From positions 165,508-229,507 of IMG/VR virus record IMGVR_UViG_3300023313_000001: a DNA stretch of 64,000 nucleotides; one strand, written 5' to 3'. Below, piece by piece: positions 19,832-30,238 of this stretch. A model generated the notes under the pieces. The model searched no databases, was not told the origin of the DNA, and was given only the letters and a program-made list of their open reading frames with translations. Made by a program: the position numbers and the translations under genes. Numbering within the stretch: position 1 is the first letter of the stretch; each line of letters begins with the position of its first letter.

Positions 19832-20335
19832 ATGACTGTGAGGTTACCAATAGAAATGATGCTAGAAAGTTCCATGGATGATCTAATCTCATCCACAACT
19901 CAAGCATTTCCTGACCGATCGGAAAAAGTAAACAATGTTAGAATAACAAACAAAACCTATCAGAAATTAGATGGAGATAAGTTACTGGTGAAGGCCAAGT
20001 GTGCTGGAGAAACAAATGATTACGATACACAGGTGTTATATAATTCAGTACAATATGTAGAGGGAGGAAATCCCGAATCTATCACACTAAATGGTGGATT
20101 CAATATTCTACCGATTTCATCCGACTCCGACGTCAAAGTTGGCTGTACTTGTTTAGATTTCCATTGGACATTTGCTTGGCAAAATTCTAGTGATGGTAGC
20201 TTAATGGGAGATCCACCGTCCCCATACCAACGAAAGACTGATAGAGCACCCCGTAACCCAACCAACGCGATTGGATTATGTAAACATCTACTCAAGCTAC
20301 ATGCAGATATGACGGCTGAGGGGCTACTTGGATAA
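19832..20335 (+). CDS. SWIM zinc-finger protein
   Basis: CTCLDF...NP...GLCKHL (CxC..CxH). Confidence 0.7.
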   Translation: MTVRLPIEMMLESSMDDLISSTTQAFPDRSEKVNNVRITNKTYQKLDGDKLLVKAKCAGETNDYDTQVLYNSVQYVEGGNPESITLNGGFNILPISSDSDVKVGCTCLDFHWTFAWQNSSDGSLMGDPPSPYQRKTDRAPRNPTNAIGLCKHLLKLHADMTAEGLLG

Positions 20336-20336
20336 G

Positions 20337-20960
20337 TTACTTATCCAATTCTTTTAATAATAGCTTAACCTTTCTATCCTTTTTGCCTTTATCACTGAGT
20401 TGTTCATACGGATGGTCAGTCTTGAAAAACTGGTATCCGTTTGGTAACACTTGGTTTACTGGAACCTCATCCAGACCCTCAGTCACACTAGCTTTCTTCG
20501 TATCAGACTTTTTGGGTGCGGAAGTAGACTTTTTCTTCTCAGCAGACTTTTTCTTTTCAGCAGACTTCTTCTTCCCAGTAGAATCTTTGATCTTTATGGT
20601 ATCTTTCCCACCCTTAATTGGTTTTGGTGTTTTGATCGGTGGAACTTCCACTGAAGGAGCTATCTCAATACTATTTTTCCCAACAACCAGAAGGTTTCCC
20701 TTAACTGGTTCAAAATAAAAATCATCTACTATAACACATAATACATATTTGTACTTACCTTCGTCTAATAATTCCTTAGGGATAGTTGTTTTCCAACGTA
20801 CACCAGACACATGACTACACTGGATGGTGTAATGCAACGTCGTAGATACAGCAACGTCTAATATTACTCTACCAGTTTTAATGTCCAACCCTTGGGCTGT
20901 TGCATCAAACTCAAACTTATTGTCTATATTGCGACCTACAGTAATATCTTCCATTGTCAT
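20337..20960 (-). CDS. Hypothetical protein, beta-rich N-domain and KKKSAE repeats (probably virion-associated)
   Basis: ORF; 18-bp repeats at about 20525-20575; part of late minus-strand operon. Confidence 0.5.
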   Translation of the reverse strand: MTMEDITVGRNIDNKFEFDATAQGLDIKTGRVILDVAVSTTLHYTIQCSHVSGVRWKTTIPKELLDEGKYKYVLCVIVDDFYFEPVKGNLLVVGKNSIEIAPSVEVPPIKTPKPIKGGKDTIKIKDSTGKKKSAEKKKSAEKKKSTSAPKKSDTKKASVTEGLDEVPVNQVLPNGYQFFKTDHPYEQLSDKGKKDRKVKLLLKELDK

Positions 20961-21394
20961 CTCTTCATTTTGATTATTATATTAGCTATCTTTCGACTAA
21001 ATGTCGATACTGATGTTGATATTGATTGTAATGTCTTATTCACTACGTTTATAGCATTCACAATATGGTCAGCTCTCTTTTTATCAACAACATATTCCCG
21101 TTGTATTGTTTTCTTGTTAATTCCGACAACTATAGTTACTAGGCGCTTCTCTCGAATTGCTGCATCTCGCTTTTCCTTTTCATCATCCTCAACATCGTTC
21201 CTTTGATATGGATATGATTGTATTATACCAGCTACAGCAGATCCAGGCCTTACATGAGACCCTCCCCCGCCAGCAGAGGTTGGTGGAGACTGTACTGGAG
21301 TTACAATGCATTTTAAATGGAACGGTCCATATATCAACGTGTTACAAGCAGGTCCACCTAAACCATTGGTTAACATTCCACCCATAGAATCCAT
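20957..21394 (-). CDS. Hypothetical protein
   Basis: ORF overlapping neighbours in minus-strand operon. Confidence 0.5.
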   Translation of the reverse strand: MDSMGGMLTNGLGGPACNTLIYGPFHLKCIVTPVQSPPTSAGGGGSHVRPGSAVAGIIQSYPYQRNDVEDDEKEKRDAAIREKRLVTIVVGINKKTIQREYVVDKKRADHIVNAINVVNKTLQSISTSVSTFSRKIANIIIKMKR

Positions 21395-21969
21395 TATACT
21401 GGCACGCGCTCACAGACTTCAGCAACGCTAGGTGCTCCCGTTCCATCAAATAGGTTAAACACCTGCAGTGGAGTTACACCGTCATTATCATATACAGTCA
21501 ATGTTTTAGCTACCTTATCTATCATGGTTCTATTACTCTCGTACTTTACCAGTAGAGTCACTAGTGACATCATACTCACTACATCTAATCTTAACTGATC
21601 CACATTCGCATCAATGGCATTAACAGCCTCACCAAACGTACCAACTGTGATGTGGTCCACTTTAGGAGCATCCCATAACGAAACTGCAATATCCTCACTA
21701 AAACTTTCATTTGCAGCTATTTGATACCGCTCACTAGCTGGCAATGAAATACCTCCGTCAGATCTAAACACATAATTGTTGATCTGATCATATGTAGCGA
21801 AGTCGTATTTGTAAAAACCATCCCCAACTTCAACCATTGGATCATCTGCGATTACCAAGGTTTGAGTCCCAGGAGTAACGATCCATCCGCGAATAGTTGG
21901 AGACAACCCTAATGCCGGGGCACCATTCGATGAAAAAAAAGATGTAATCAATTTTGGTTGCATAAACAT
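21394..21969 (-). CDS. Hypothetical virion structural protein
   Basis: Ig-like N-part (GLSPTI..MVEVGDGFYKYDF); TLTVYDNDGVTPL; late promoter on minus strand near 21990. Confidence 0.55.
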   Translation of the reverse strand: MFMQPKLITSFFSSNGAPALGLSPTIRGWIVTPGTQTLVIADDPMVEVGDGFYKYDFATYDQINNYVFRSDGGISLPASERYQIAANESFSEDIAVSLWDAPKVDHITVGTFGEAVNAIDANVDQLRLDVVSMMSLVTLLVKYESNRTMIDKVAKTLTVYDNDGVTPLQVFNLFDGTGAPSVAEVCERVPV

Positions 21970-22116
21970 GTTCTCATTTATTTGACGTATTTATGTAAAT
22001 ACTTTCTTTAGCAACTATAAATACATTAAACATATGAATTGATATTGCACAATACCACCATCACGAGATAGTGCTATTCAATGATAACATAACAACTACA
22101 CTCGGATCAGTATTAT

Positions 22117-22479
22117 ATGTCAATCATACAAACACAACCAGTCGGACAACCAGGCGGTTCAACAGTATTCACAAGAAAACTGTATATTGTTCCTCCTACA
22201 GCGACTCAGGGTGTGGATAGTGTGGACATTACTACTACGATAGCTGCTAAATGGATGGTATCTATTCGAAATGTAGTCACGAATGATACTAACGTATTTG
22301 AAGTGATGGCAGTACATAATAATGCTGCAGCACTACATAATATATCAAATGAAGTTGGACAGCACATAGCAACATTTGTGAATGTTGATGTGTTCGGGTC
22401 ATTCATGGTGCTAGAAATAACTAATAATATAACAGATAACATAGAAGTACGCGTACAAAACATAACAATGCAACTATAA
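22117..22479 (+). CDS. Small virion protein (fibre C-terminal-type beta domain)
   Basis: VDS..AAKWMVSI..EVMAVHN pattern also at C-terminus of the next ORF. Confidence 0.5.
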   Translation: MSIIQTQPVGQPGGSTVFTRKLYIVPPTATQGVDSVDITTTIAAKWMVSIRNVVTNDTNVFEVMAVHNNAAALHNISNEVGQHIATFVNVDVFGSFMVLEITNNITDNIEVRVQNITMQL

Positions 22480-22514
22480 ATATCATGGTAACATACACTT
22501 AGGAGAATTACATA

Positions 22515-23732
22515 ATGGCTATTGATTTTTTTCGCGCGGGTAAAGGTATTGAGTTAGTATCTCAAGATTTTACATCCCGTGTTAACATACTAACAGGAAC
22601 AGGCGCTCCTGGGGGAGACGGCGGTGACCAAGACAACGCTACCATCGGCTCACTATACATGCGTCAAGACGTCGAAACTGACGGTTTACAGGTATACTAC
22701 AAAGCAACACTAATCAACAACAGTCCACTTGATTGGCATCAAGCAACAGACAAACAATACGTTGATGCTGTAGCACAGGGACTATCCTGGCGCGAACCAG
22801 TACGAGTATTGGATGGGACAGCATATGCCAACCCAGCAGCACTTCCAGTAGCTGGCACAATCGATGGTGTCATCTTGGCAGATGGAGATAGAGTGTTGTT
22901 CACCAATGTCGCTGCTGCAGGGGCATCTAACGTATACATCTGGTCAGCTGGTACTACCAGTTGGACAGAAGATCTTAATGCTGAAACAAACGGTGACGCA
23001 GTACTAATCCAAGAGGGTACTTTCGCTGAACAACAGTGGGTATACGACGGAACTAACTGGGTACAATTTGGTGGAGCTGCAAACGCTCAAGAGTTGAATT
23101 TTATACGTCAATTCATCGGCAAAACGGCAGCTGGTGCAGAAATGCCATCATACAGCTCAACAACCATTGTTACCGCCGCAGGCAACTTAGAAACTGCTGT
23201 AGGTGAGCTAGATGCAGCCATTGGTGGACAACTATATACTAACAACTTCACTATAACAACTGGTGAAACTGCCACATCGAGCTTAGACGCGTTGGACTCT
23301 GCTATCGGTAGTAGACTATACGCTCAAAACAATGTAATAACCGACGGTGAAGCAATTACTGCTAGTTTGGATGCACTAGATATTGTAGTTGGAGCAATCC
23401 AATCACAAAACACTGTAATCAACATACTAAACGTTACTGCAGCCACTGTAGTCGATAGTGTTCCACTTATTGATGCTGATGTGATGGAATGGCGCGTTAT
23501 TGTCGAAGATACCCTCGACCCTACTCGCAGAATTTCGTCTACTTACGTATCTTTACATGACGGAGCAGGCTCAGTGGATAACACTCGTTATGCTACTGTA
23601 CGTCGCGGTGGTAATATCGCAGGGTTAGTAGTAGATGCGGCAGTCAACGCTGGCAATTTAGAGTTAAGCATTACATCTACCAATGGTGTTGATGTAGGTA
23701 TCAAACGATTAGTTAAACTAAAAGCTAACTAA
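22515..23732 (+). CDS. Virion fibre / structural protein
   Basis: KQYVDAVAQGLSWREPV, GDRVL, repeated SLDALD coiled segments; late promoter at 22476. Confidence 0.7.
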   Translation: MAIDFFRAGKGIELVSQDFTSRVNILTGTGAPGGDGGDQDNATIGSLYMRQDVETDGLQVYYKATLINNSPLDWHQATDKQYVDAVAQGLSWREPVRVLDGTAYANPAALPVAGTIDGVILADGDRVLFTNVAAAGASNVYIWSAGTTSWTEDLNAETNGDAVLIQEGTFAEQQWVYDGTNWVQFGGAANAQELNFIRQFIGKTAAGAEMPSYSSTTIVTAAGNLETAVGELDAAIGGQLYTNNFTITTGETATSSLDALDSAIGSRLYAQNNVITDGEAITASLDALDIVVGAIQSQNTVINILNVTAATVVDSVPLIDADVMEWRVIVEDTLDPTRRISSTYVSLHDGAGSVDNTRYATVRRGGNIAGLVVDAAVNAGNLELSITSTNGVDVGIKRLVKLKAN

Positions 23733-23742
23733 GGGATAATAA

Positions 23743-25587
23743 ATGGCTAATATACTGGATGCACTCACGGCAGACTATGGGCTTAGTTTAGGCTTTAATG
23801 ATGACGTGGGCATTTTTACTAGCCCCAACGATCCCACTATCGGATTGGGAGAAGCAGCACCTGTAGGTTCGCTGCTTCTTCGATCTACTGGTGCGCTATA
23901 TATAAAAATAGGACCACTGGACACTGATTGGTTTTTAGTAGATACCACAGCAGTGATTAACCAGGATCTAGCATCTATTCAGGCTAGACGCACAACAACA
24001 TTTTCAATCCCTACCATATTCACAGATATACCATTCGACACAACCGACATACAAAACCTGCCAGCAGTAATTGAACACGATCCAATCAATCCCGACAGGT
24101 TTTTAATTAAAGAAACCGGGTTATATAAATTATCATACAATGCTACTGCAAATGTGAATGGTACTAATCAACAATTCGTATTCCAGGTAACTCAGAACGA
24201 CGTTGCTGTGGTTAACGGCAGTGTACGTACATTCACCATAGCAGTGAGTGATGCAGTAGGTGGTGATATTGTTTTTGCGGCAAATGCCAATGATTTTATT
24301 ACATTACAGATAAAATGTACCACTACACCAACAGAACTGCTAGCTAATACTGCAGTGCTAAACATAGTAAAATTACATGGGACCAAAGGAATAAAAGGAG
24401 ATGCAGGGACAGGTTCGTCTATAGCGATAGAACATACCAACATTCCTGTGCCTGGTGGACCTCACCAAACACTTAATTTTGAGGGTGGACTCACTGTAAC
24501 TGATGATGGTGGAGGACAGGCTACCATCAACGTAACTTCATCTGGTACTCCTCCAACAATTCAAGTTCGCAACACTGCAACGTTTGCTATAGCAACATCA
24601 TACACTGATGTTGTGTTTGACACATTAGACGTACTCAGCGTACCATCTGCGATCTCTCAAAATGCAAACAATACACAAATAGACATACATGAATCTGGAT
24701 ATTATTCTATTGAGTACAATATGGTATGCACTAAAGGAACTTTAGTGACAACCAGAATCATGCGTAATAGTGCAATAATAGTGAACGGCGGGGTATCCCA
24801 AACTAAACCATCATCCTCTGCAATAGATGAACAGGGAATATACCAAAAGATGGTGGTTCAGCTAACTGCTGGAGACTTTGTTACATTACAAAGTATTGCG
24901 TCATCTGCAAATGGATCCACCACAACTGATACCACTATGGTGATCACTAAATTGCAAGGCATCCAAGGTATTCAAGGGTCAGTTGGGTCAGTTGGACCAG
25001 TAGGACCTGCTGGACCATTAGGACCTGCTGGACCTGTTGGTCCACCTGGTGCAGGAGCATCTGTAAATATCAGCGATGAAGGAGTGACTCTAGGAGCATT
25101 CACAGATGTAAATTTTGTAGGGTCTGCAATCACAGCTACTGACGCTGGTGCAGGAACCGCAAATGTTACCATCACGAGCCAAACACTGATATATGGAACA
25201 GAGTACCAATATATAGAATCCCCGTCGGTAGTAGTAACCAACTCGACAGCTTATGTGAAAAAAGTGACAATGACTACCCCAAATCTACCTGCTGGAACAT
25301 ACCGTGTCGGGTGGAAATATAGCTGGAATTACAACAACACTACTAGGGACTTCAAAGGACGAATTCTGGTAGATAACACCACTCAGTATGATGTACTACG
25401 TATAGAACCAAAGGACTCTGCTGGATCGTTTGGTGCGACAGGGACTAACCAAAAACACATAGCGTCTGGTTTTTTTAACACAACATTCTCTGGCATTCAC
25501 ACAATAGATATAGAGTTTGCAACACAAACATCAGCTAATTCTGCAAGTATGTGGGATGCTAGACTAGAATTCTGGAGAGTCCAATAA
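23743..25587 (+). CDS. Collagen-like fibre with two C1q/TNF-like domains
   Basis: IPFDTTD..ETGLYKLSY..DFITLQ twice; Gly-X-Y run GIQGIQGSVGSVGPVGPAGPLGPAGPVGPPG. Confidence 0.7.
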   Translation: MANILDALTADYGLSLGFNDDVGIFTSPNDPTIGLGEAAPVGSLLLRSTGALYIKIGPLDTDWFLVDTTAVINQDLASIQARRTTTFSIPTIFTDIPFDTTDIQNLPAVIEHDPINPDRFLIKETGLYKLSYNATANVNGTNQQFVFQVTQNDVAVVNGSVRTFTIAVSDAVGGDIVFAANANDFITLQIKCTTTPTELLANTAVLNIVKLHGTKGIKGDAGTGSSIAIEHTNIPVPGGPHQTLNFEGGLTVTDDGGGQATINVTSSGTPPTIQVRNTATFAIATSYTDVVFDTLDVLSVPSAISQNANNTQIDIHESGYYSIEYNMVCTKGTLVTTRIMRNSAIIVNGGVSQTKPSSSAIDEQGIYQKMVVQLTAGDFVTLQSIASSANGSTTTDTTMVITKLQGIQGIQGSVGSVGPVGPAGPLGPAGPVGPPGAGASVNISDEGVTLGAFTDVNFVGSAITATDAGAGTANVTITSQTLIYGTEYQYIESPSVVVTNSTAYVKKVTMTTPNLPAGTYRVGWKYSWNYNNTTRDFKGRILVDNTTQYDVLRIEPKDSAGSFGATGTNQKHIASGFFNTTFSGIHTIDIEFATQTSANSASMWDARLEFWRVQ

Positions 25588-26285
25588 TGTCCACCCTATA
25601 CAACTTCGTTAAATTAGATGTATGCCCACCACAGTTAACTACAGAAATTAACGCAGCAGGACTCAGTCAGGTTTGTGAATACGTTTTGATAGAAAATGCT
25701 GATCAAGTAACCGTAAGTATGGTCGGACCGTTGGCTCCAGCTGAAATTACCACTCTGGGTGTATTAGTCACTAATCATACATGCAATGCTCCAGTCATTA
25801 CCCCTACACAAGAGGCATTACTCCCACCAGGAGAGCCAGATTCGACCCGCAATAATGAAGTGCTATCATATGCTGAGATGTCATTCTTTTTTGCAGAATC
25901 TAGTGTCAGTAATAAAGACTGGATACAGATCGGTCACGCAAGTGACTCAGATTCTGGTCATATATTTCCATATCCAGCTACCATAACTAGAGTATCAGCT
26001 CACGTAGAGAGTCAAGAAGGGTCAGGACCCAAAGCTATAGATATGTATATAAACAATGTAGTGATCAACGATGTACTGACATTTGGTGGTCCAGCTACAC
26101 AGCAATCTAGTGATGATGATGATGGGGACTCAAATAATAACTACTATGATCAACATCGAATTAGAAATGACCTAAATATTCAAGTAAACACTGGAGAAAA
26201 GGTCAGAATGCGAGGGGCCATGTCCTCTGGGCAAAAACTAAAAGACACAGTAGTAGATGTGTGGTACAAGTGGAGAATAATATAA
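25587..26285 (+). CDS. Hypothetical virion protein
   Basis: ORF translationally coupled in structural operon. Confidence 0.55.
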   Translation: MSTLYNFVKLDVCPPQLTTEINAAGLSQVCEYVLIENADQVTVSMVGPLAPAEITTLGVLVTNHTCNAPVITPTQEALLPPGEPDSTRNNEVLSYAEMSFFFAESSVSNKDWIQIGHASDSDSGHIFPYPATITRVSAHVESQEGSGPKAIDMYINNVVINDVLTFGGPATQQSSDDDDGDSNNNYYDQHRIRNDLNIQVNTGEKVRMRGAMSSGQKLKDTVVDVWYKWRII

Positions 26286-26286
26286 A

Positions 26287-27288
26287 ATGTTACTAGTAGA
26301 AAATCAAACTATAGCGGATATCGACATCAAGGATCTGAGTGTCACAGTACCAGCCAGTGGAACATATGATATTTTACCTCGTGGTAGAAGTAAAATATCT
26401 GCTAGTGACCAGTTGTTAACAGGAATAACTGGAGGGACACTAAAACTTATTCAAGACGAACTAACCACTCCGTACGTGTACTATACAACAGCAGAAGCAA
26501 TACGAGTAATCACGGGCACTACTCAGTCACTTCAGACCAATGATGCTGGTGAACTTATAACAAACATGCCGAATCTACATTCGGAAGTAGGTGAAAAAAA
26601 GTTGTGGGTCCACAATTCAGCGAAACCTGAGGTATCAGGGAAGCAATTTTACGTTCAGTACACCGGTGTTGGAGATGATGCTATCAACCACTCTATTGGT
26701 GGAGGAAATCAAACTATTATAATGGTAAAAGCTGCAGATGTTGATAAAAAATTAACGTTAGAATTTGACAATGATCCTCCACACGGGGATGTGTACATAC
26801 ATGAAGCTAATATTATGTGGAATAATGCAGGTATGGGAGATTCATTTTCAGTAAATATCCATGCACGAGGGACCCAATTACAAACAATCGTTAGCAAAGA
26901 TCTTGTACTGGAACCGTTTGGAGCAGGGAGTTTCATTAAATTAGCTCCAGGAGGACCAGGAACAGGCACTCATGGGTTTGCTGCTAACCCAGTATTGGTT
27001 AAAGACGCAAAATTCACTGGGTATTGGGACTACTCTACTACAGCAGGATTAACCCCAAACGTTGGTCGCACTGGAGGGTATAACATTTTTGATGTCGACC
27101 TAAAAGTCAATACTTTTATTAACCGTATTCCACTATTCGGTACAAGCACATCATACACTAGAATAGTCTCGAACGATACTGCCTGGATACCACCAGGATA
27201 TTATATAGAAGTGTGTTGTCACAATGCATCTCAAACAGATTGGACTATGATGATGTACATGACAGTATACCGAGAACAAACTTTCTAA
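26287..27288 (+). CDS. Hypothetical virion protein
   Basis: Beta-rich ORF in structural operon. Confidence 0.55.
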   Translation: MLLVENQTIADIDIKDLSVTVPASGTYDILPRGRSKISASDQLLTGITGGTLKLIQDELTTPYVYYTTAEAIRVITGTTQSLQTNDAGELITNMPNLHSEVGEKKLWVHNSAKPEVSGKQFYVQYTGVGDDAINHSIGGGNQTIIMVKAADVDKKLTLEFDNDPPHGDVYIHEANIMWNNAGMGDSFSVNIHARGTQLQTIVSKDLVLEPFGAGSFIKLAPGGPGTGTHGFAANPVLVKDAKFTGYWDYSTTAGLTPNVGRTGGYNIFDVDLKVNTFINRIPLFGTSTSYTRIVSNDTAWIPPGYYIEVCCHNASQTDWTMMMYMTVYREQTF

Positions 27289-27351
27289 TTAAAATACCCA
27301 GCAATCTCTCCTACTCATAAATATCTGTTATGACACAGGAGAGATCACTGC

Positions 27352-29748
27352 ATGAAAATACCATTCAGACAAGGCATCGTTAGATACCAAACCGATACAT
27401 CAAATAATCAAACATTCATGGTGGAAAATGTAGGAGGTGTCGACTTACAAGTCACTAACGAATACACTATTATCAACTTTGCCCATGGCACAGCAGACTA
27501 TCTATACACTGAGTCACGATCTGTCCTTACCGCATGGCCTGGACCGTTTGCCCCAGGGACAACATACTGGCTATATTGGGAAATTGATCCTGCTACTGGT
27601 GAACGTCAGTTTGGAAAAACTGTACTAGAGCCTACATATGGGGCTTCTGCTCCGCCAACTATAGTTGGACAAATGTGGTTTGACACATCTACCAACCTCA
27701 TGAAAGAGTTTAACGGAGCACGGTGGGTCACTAAAATCAGAGTGGTTGCATCTAAATATGATGCCGGATCGGTATTGCGCTCTTGGAATGGGAGTAATGT
27801 TTTCGCTGGATCACAAGTAGCTAACTACACCGCAGTGAAATCTGGTGCTATACTATTTGATAGTGTAAACACTCCTCTTAAGCAATTGAACGGAAACTTT
27901 CTAACTACAGAGGATGGATTTACATCAGGTGTAGCAACATCATCCCAAATACGACTTGAACCTTTAATGTTCGAAGCTGAATCAGGCACCAACATCGCAG
28001 CATACTCAGTGGTATATCTTAGTGATTTTGACAGAATACTTCCTGCATCACCATCACTGCTGTTAAATAATGTTTTCGGAATAGTAGAAGAAGACGCATT
28101 CACCGGAGAAAGAGTCCACATAACAACTAGTGGCATTGTGGGGAATCCTTCTTGGAACTGGACTACAGTAGGGGCTGACATCTACATTGATAACACTGGT
28201 CAAATAATAGATGTAATCCAACCAGGAATGAACCCAATCGGACATGTAGTAAGTCCTCACCAAGTTCTTCTCAAAACTGCTGGTGTAACTAATGTTACAG
28301 TAAACGGAGTAAGCGATGGAGTAGTTACTGCTGCTTCACTAGTAGGAACAAACCTTACATTAGATAGATCCAATGGACTACCTAGTCTTACCACTGACTT
28401 ATCTGGCATCAGCAACAGTACTCCGTCCTACATAATACAAGATAGTACTACCGATACTTTAGTCAGAGTAGACGATGCGTTGTCTACCAATCAGGACCAA
28501 GTAATTGTAGAGCTTGGGTTACCCGTCACTAAAGAAATGCCACCTGGATTCTTTCCACTACAGTTTGATGCATCATCATTCAGCATCACAATGCCACACA
28601 CTAAATTTACTACATCAGATAATGGGAGTGGCATCTCAATGATAGGTGGTGATGCATACAATGCATCTGGAATTGGATCAAAGTTGGGAGGAGGAATTGA
28701 CTTACTAGCAGGAAATGGAGTAACAAGTTCCCGAGGTGGGACGATCGCTCTTAAAGCTGGTACCAGTTCAGGAAACAATGCTGGCGGATCTGTTACTCTC
28801 GAATCTGGTAGCAGTAATGCTAATAATGGTGGGCCAATAACATTAACTGCTGGAATAGGACAGTTCGTGGGTGGTGCAATACAAGTAAAATCAGGAAATG
28901 GATCTATTGCTGGTGGGTCAATGACCCTTCAAGCTGGCACTGGTCAATCTGGAGTCGGAGGTAATGTTACAATTGGCTCTGGAGCATCAACATCCGGAAA
29001 CGGTGGCAATGTTAATATAACATCTGGAACTAGCTCATCAGTATCAAATGGGGGCAATATTAACTTAACCGCAGGAAACGGAATTTCCGGTGGACTGTTG
29101 AATTTATATGCTGGTACTTCGTTTGGAGGTAATGGCGCTGATGTGGTAATCACTGCAGGAGATAGTTCAACCGCAATTGGGGGTACCATTAAACTATCCC
29201 CAGGTACTGGAACCTTTGGAAATCCAGGAAGTGTTCAAATTCTTACCGACTTCGACGAAACAACTACTCAATTACAATTCCATAGTGCTGGTGGTCATGT
29301 ATCTATCCGAGCTAACAATTCATTGTTTAGTGTGATAGACTTAATATTACCCACCACAGCTTCCACCCAACCAGGGCAAGTTCTCACATCGGATCCAGCA
29401 GGAAATCTATCATTCAAGCCTACTGGAACTACATCGTTTGATTTTATTAGCACAGTGAATGCTAGTGGGACCATAACAATAGATCCAAAAATCCATTGGC
29501 ACACATTAAATCAGGCAGGACTGTTAACTATAGTGTTTGGTGCAAATACTGCAGGAGTGGTTAGTGAATTTACCATAGAAATTAACTCCGATTCTAATAC
29601 AGTAACATGGCCTGTGAATGTAGTAGGAGATACCACAATCGATAATGGTATGCTGAATTTATTTACATGTGTTATCCGACCTGCATCTGCCGGTTTAAAC
29701 AACACAGTTTATGTGTTTAAAGTTCCAGTTAACCAACCGGCACCTTAA
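27352..29748 (+). CDS. Large virion fibre/spike protein with Gly-rich beta-helix-like repeats
   Basis: GQMWFDT motif; about 12 GGxIxLxAGxG repeats; late promoter at 27317. Confidence 0.7.
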   Translation: MKIPFRQGIVRYQTDTSNNQTFMVENVGGVDLQVTNEYTIINFAHGTADYLYTESRSVLTAWPGPFAPGTTYWLYWEIDPATGERQFGKTVLEPTYGASAPPTIVGQMWFDTSTNLMKEFNGARWVTKIRVVASKYDAGSVLRSWNGSNVFAGSQVANYTAVKSGAILFDSVNTPLKQLNGNFLTTEDGFTSGVATSSQIRLEPLMFEAESGTNIAAYSVVYLSDFDRILPASPSLLLNNVFGIVEEDAFTGERVHITTSGIVGNPSWNWTTVGADIYIDNTGQIIDVIQPGMNPIGHVVSPHQVLLKTAGVTNVTVNGVSDGVVTAASLVGTNLTLDRSNGLPSLTTDLSGISNSTPSYIIQDSTTDTLVRVDDALSTNQDQVIVELGLPVTKEMPPGFFPLQFDASSFSITMPHTKFTTSDNGSGISMIGGDAYNASGIGSKLGGGIDLLAGNGVTSSRGGTIALKAGTSSGNNAGGSVTLESGSSNANNGGPITLTAGIGQFVGGAIQVKSGNGSIAGGSMTLQAGTGQSGVGGNVTIGSGASTSGNGGNVNITSGTSSSVSNGGNINLTAGNGISGGLLNLYAGTSFGGNGADVVITAGDSSTAIGGTIKLSPGTGTFGNPGSVQILTDFDETTTQLQFHSAGGHVSIRANNSLFSVIDLILPTTASTQPGQVLTSDPAGNLSFKPTGTTSFDFISTVNASGTITIDPKIHWHTLNQAGLLTIVFGANTAGVVSEFTIEINSDSNTVTWPVNVVGDTTIDNGMLNLFTCVIRPASAGLNNTVYVFKVPVNQPAP

Positions 29749-30050
29749 TTGGTAAAACTTTCAAACACTAGAAATTCAATCATAGCACCTCTAGGGATAT
29801 TTTTATTGAACTGGATGGTGCTGTTACTAACCTCAATATAATCTAACTGAGTTCCACAAAACTCCTTCTTTCCGTTAACAAACACCCATAAGTTGTTAGA
29901 TCCTTTCTCATATAGCGGAACATTATCATACACACGTTGTCCAGTCGCAACAATCACATTTCGACGTATCGTTAGGTTACTCATCATACTTACACCAGGC
30001 AACCTATGAGTTGGTGGCATCCCACCATTGGGTGATATATTATTCATCAT
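29745..30050 (-). CDS. Small hypothetical protein (virion beta-repeat domain)
   Basis: ATGQ..Y..G..LWVFVNG..DY.E..TIQF pattern. Confidence 0.5.
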   Translation of the reverse strand: MMNNISPNGGMPPTHRLPGVSMMSNLTIRRNVIVATGQRVYDNVPLYEKGSNNLWVFVNGKKEFCGTQLDYIEVSNSTIQFNKNIPRGAMIEFLVFESFTN

Positions 30051-30116
30051 GAGTCCTTCATATTTTACAATATTTATGTTGAGTTTATTGACCTACTCCA
30101 AGTATACTTCACTACA

Positions 30117-30238
30117 TCTTACGGTCACCCGAGGGTAAGTAAGAATAAATACTCTTCGTAATATATTTTACAAAGAACTGAATATTAATAGAACTGAATC
30201 CATTAAATTGGAACAAGCCAAGAACAGGAGAACTGAAT
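30117..30238 (+). promoter_or_regulatory. Putative gp32 autogenous translational operator: stem-loop followed by AGAACTGAAT repeats
   Basis: tcttac..acc-cgag-ggt..gtaaga stem; AGAACTGAAT at 30174, 30190 and 30229, the last abutting the ATG. Confidence 0.5.
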
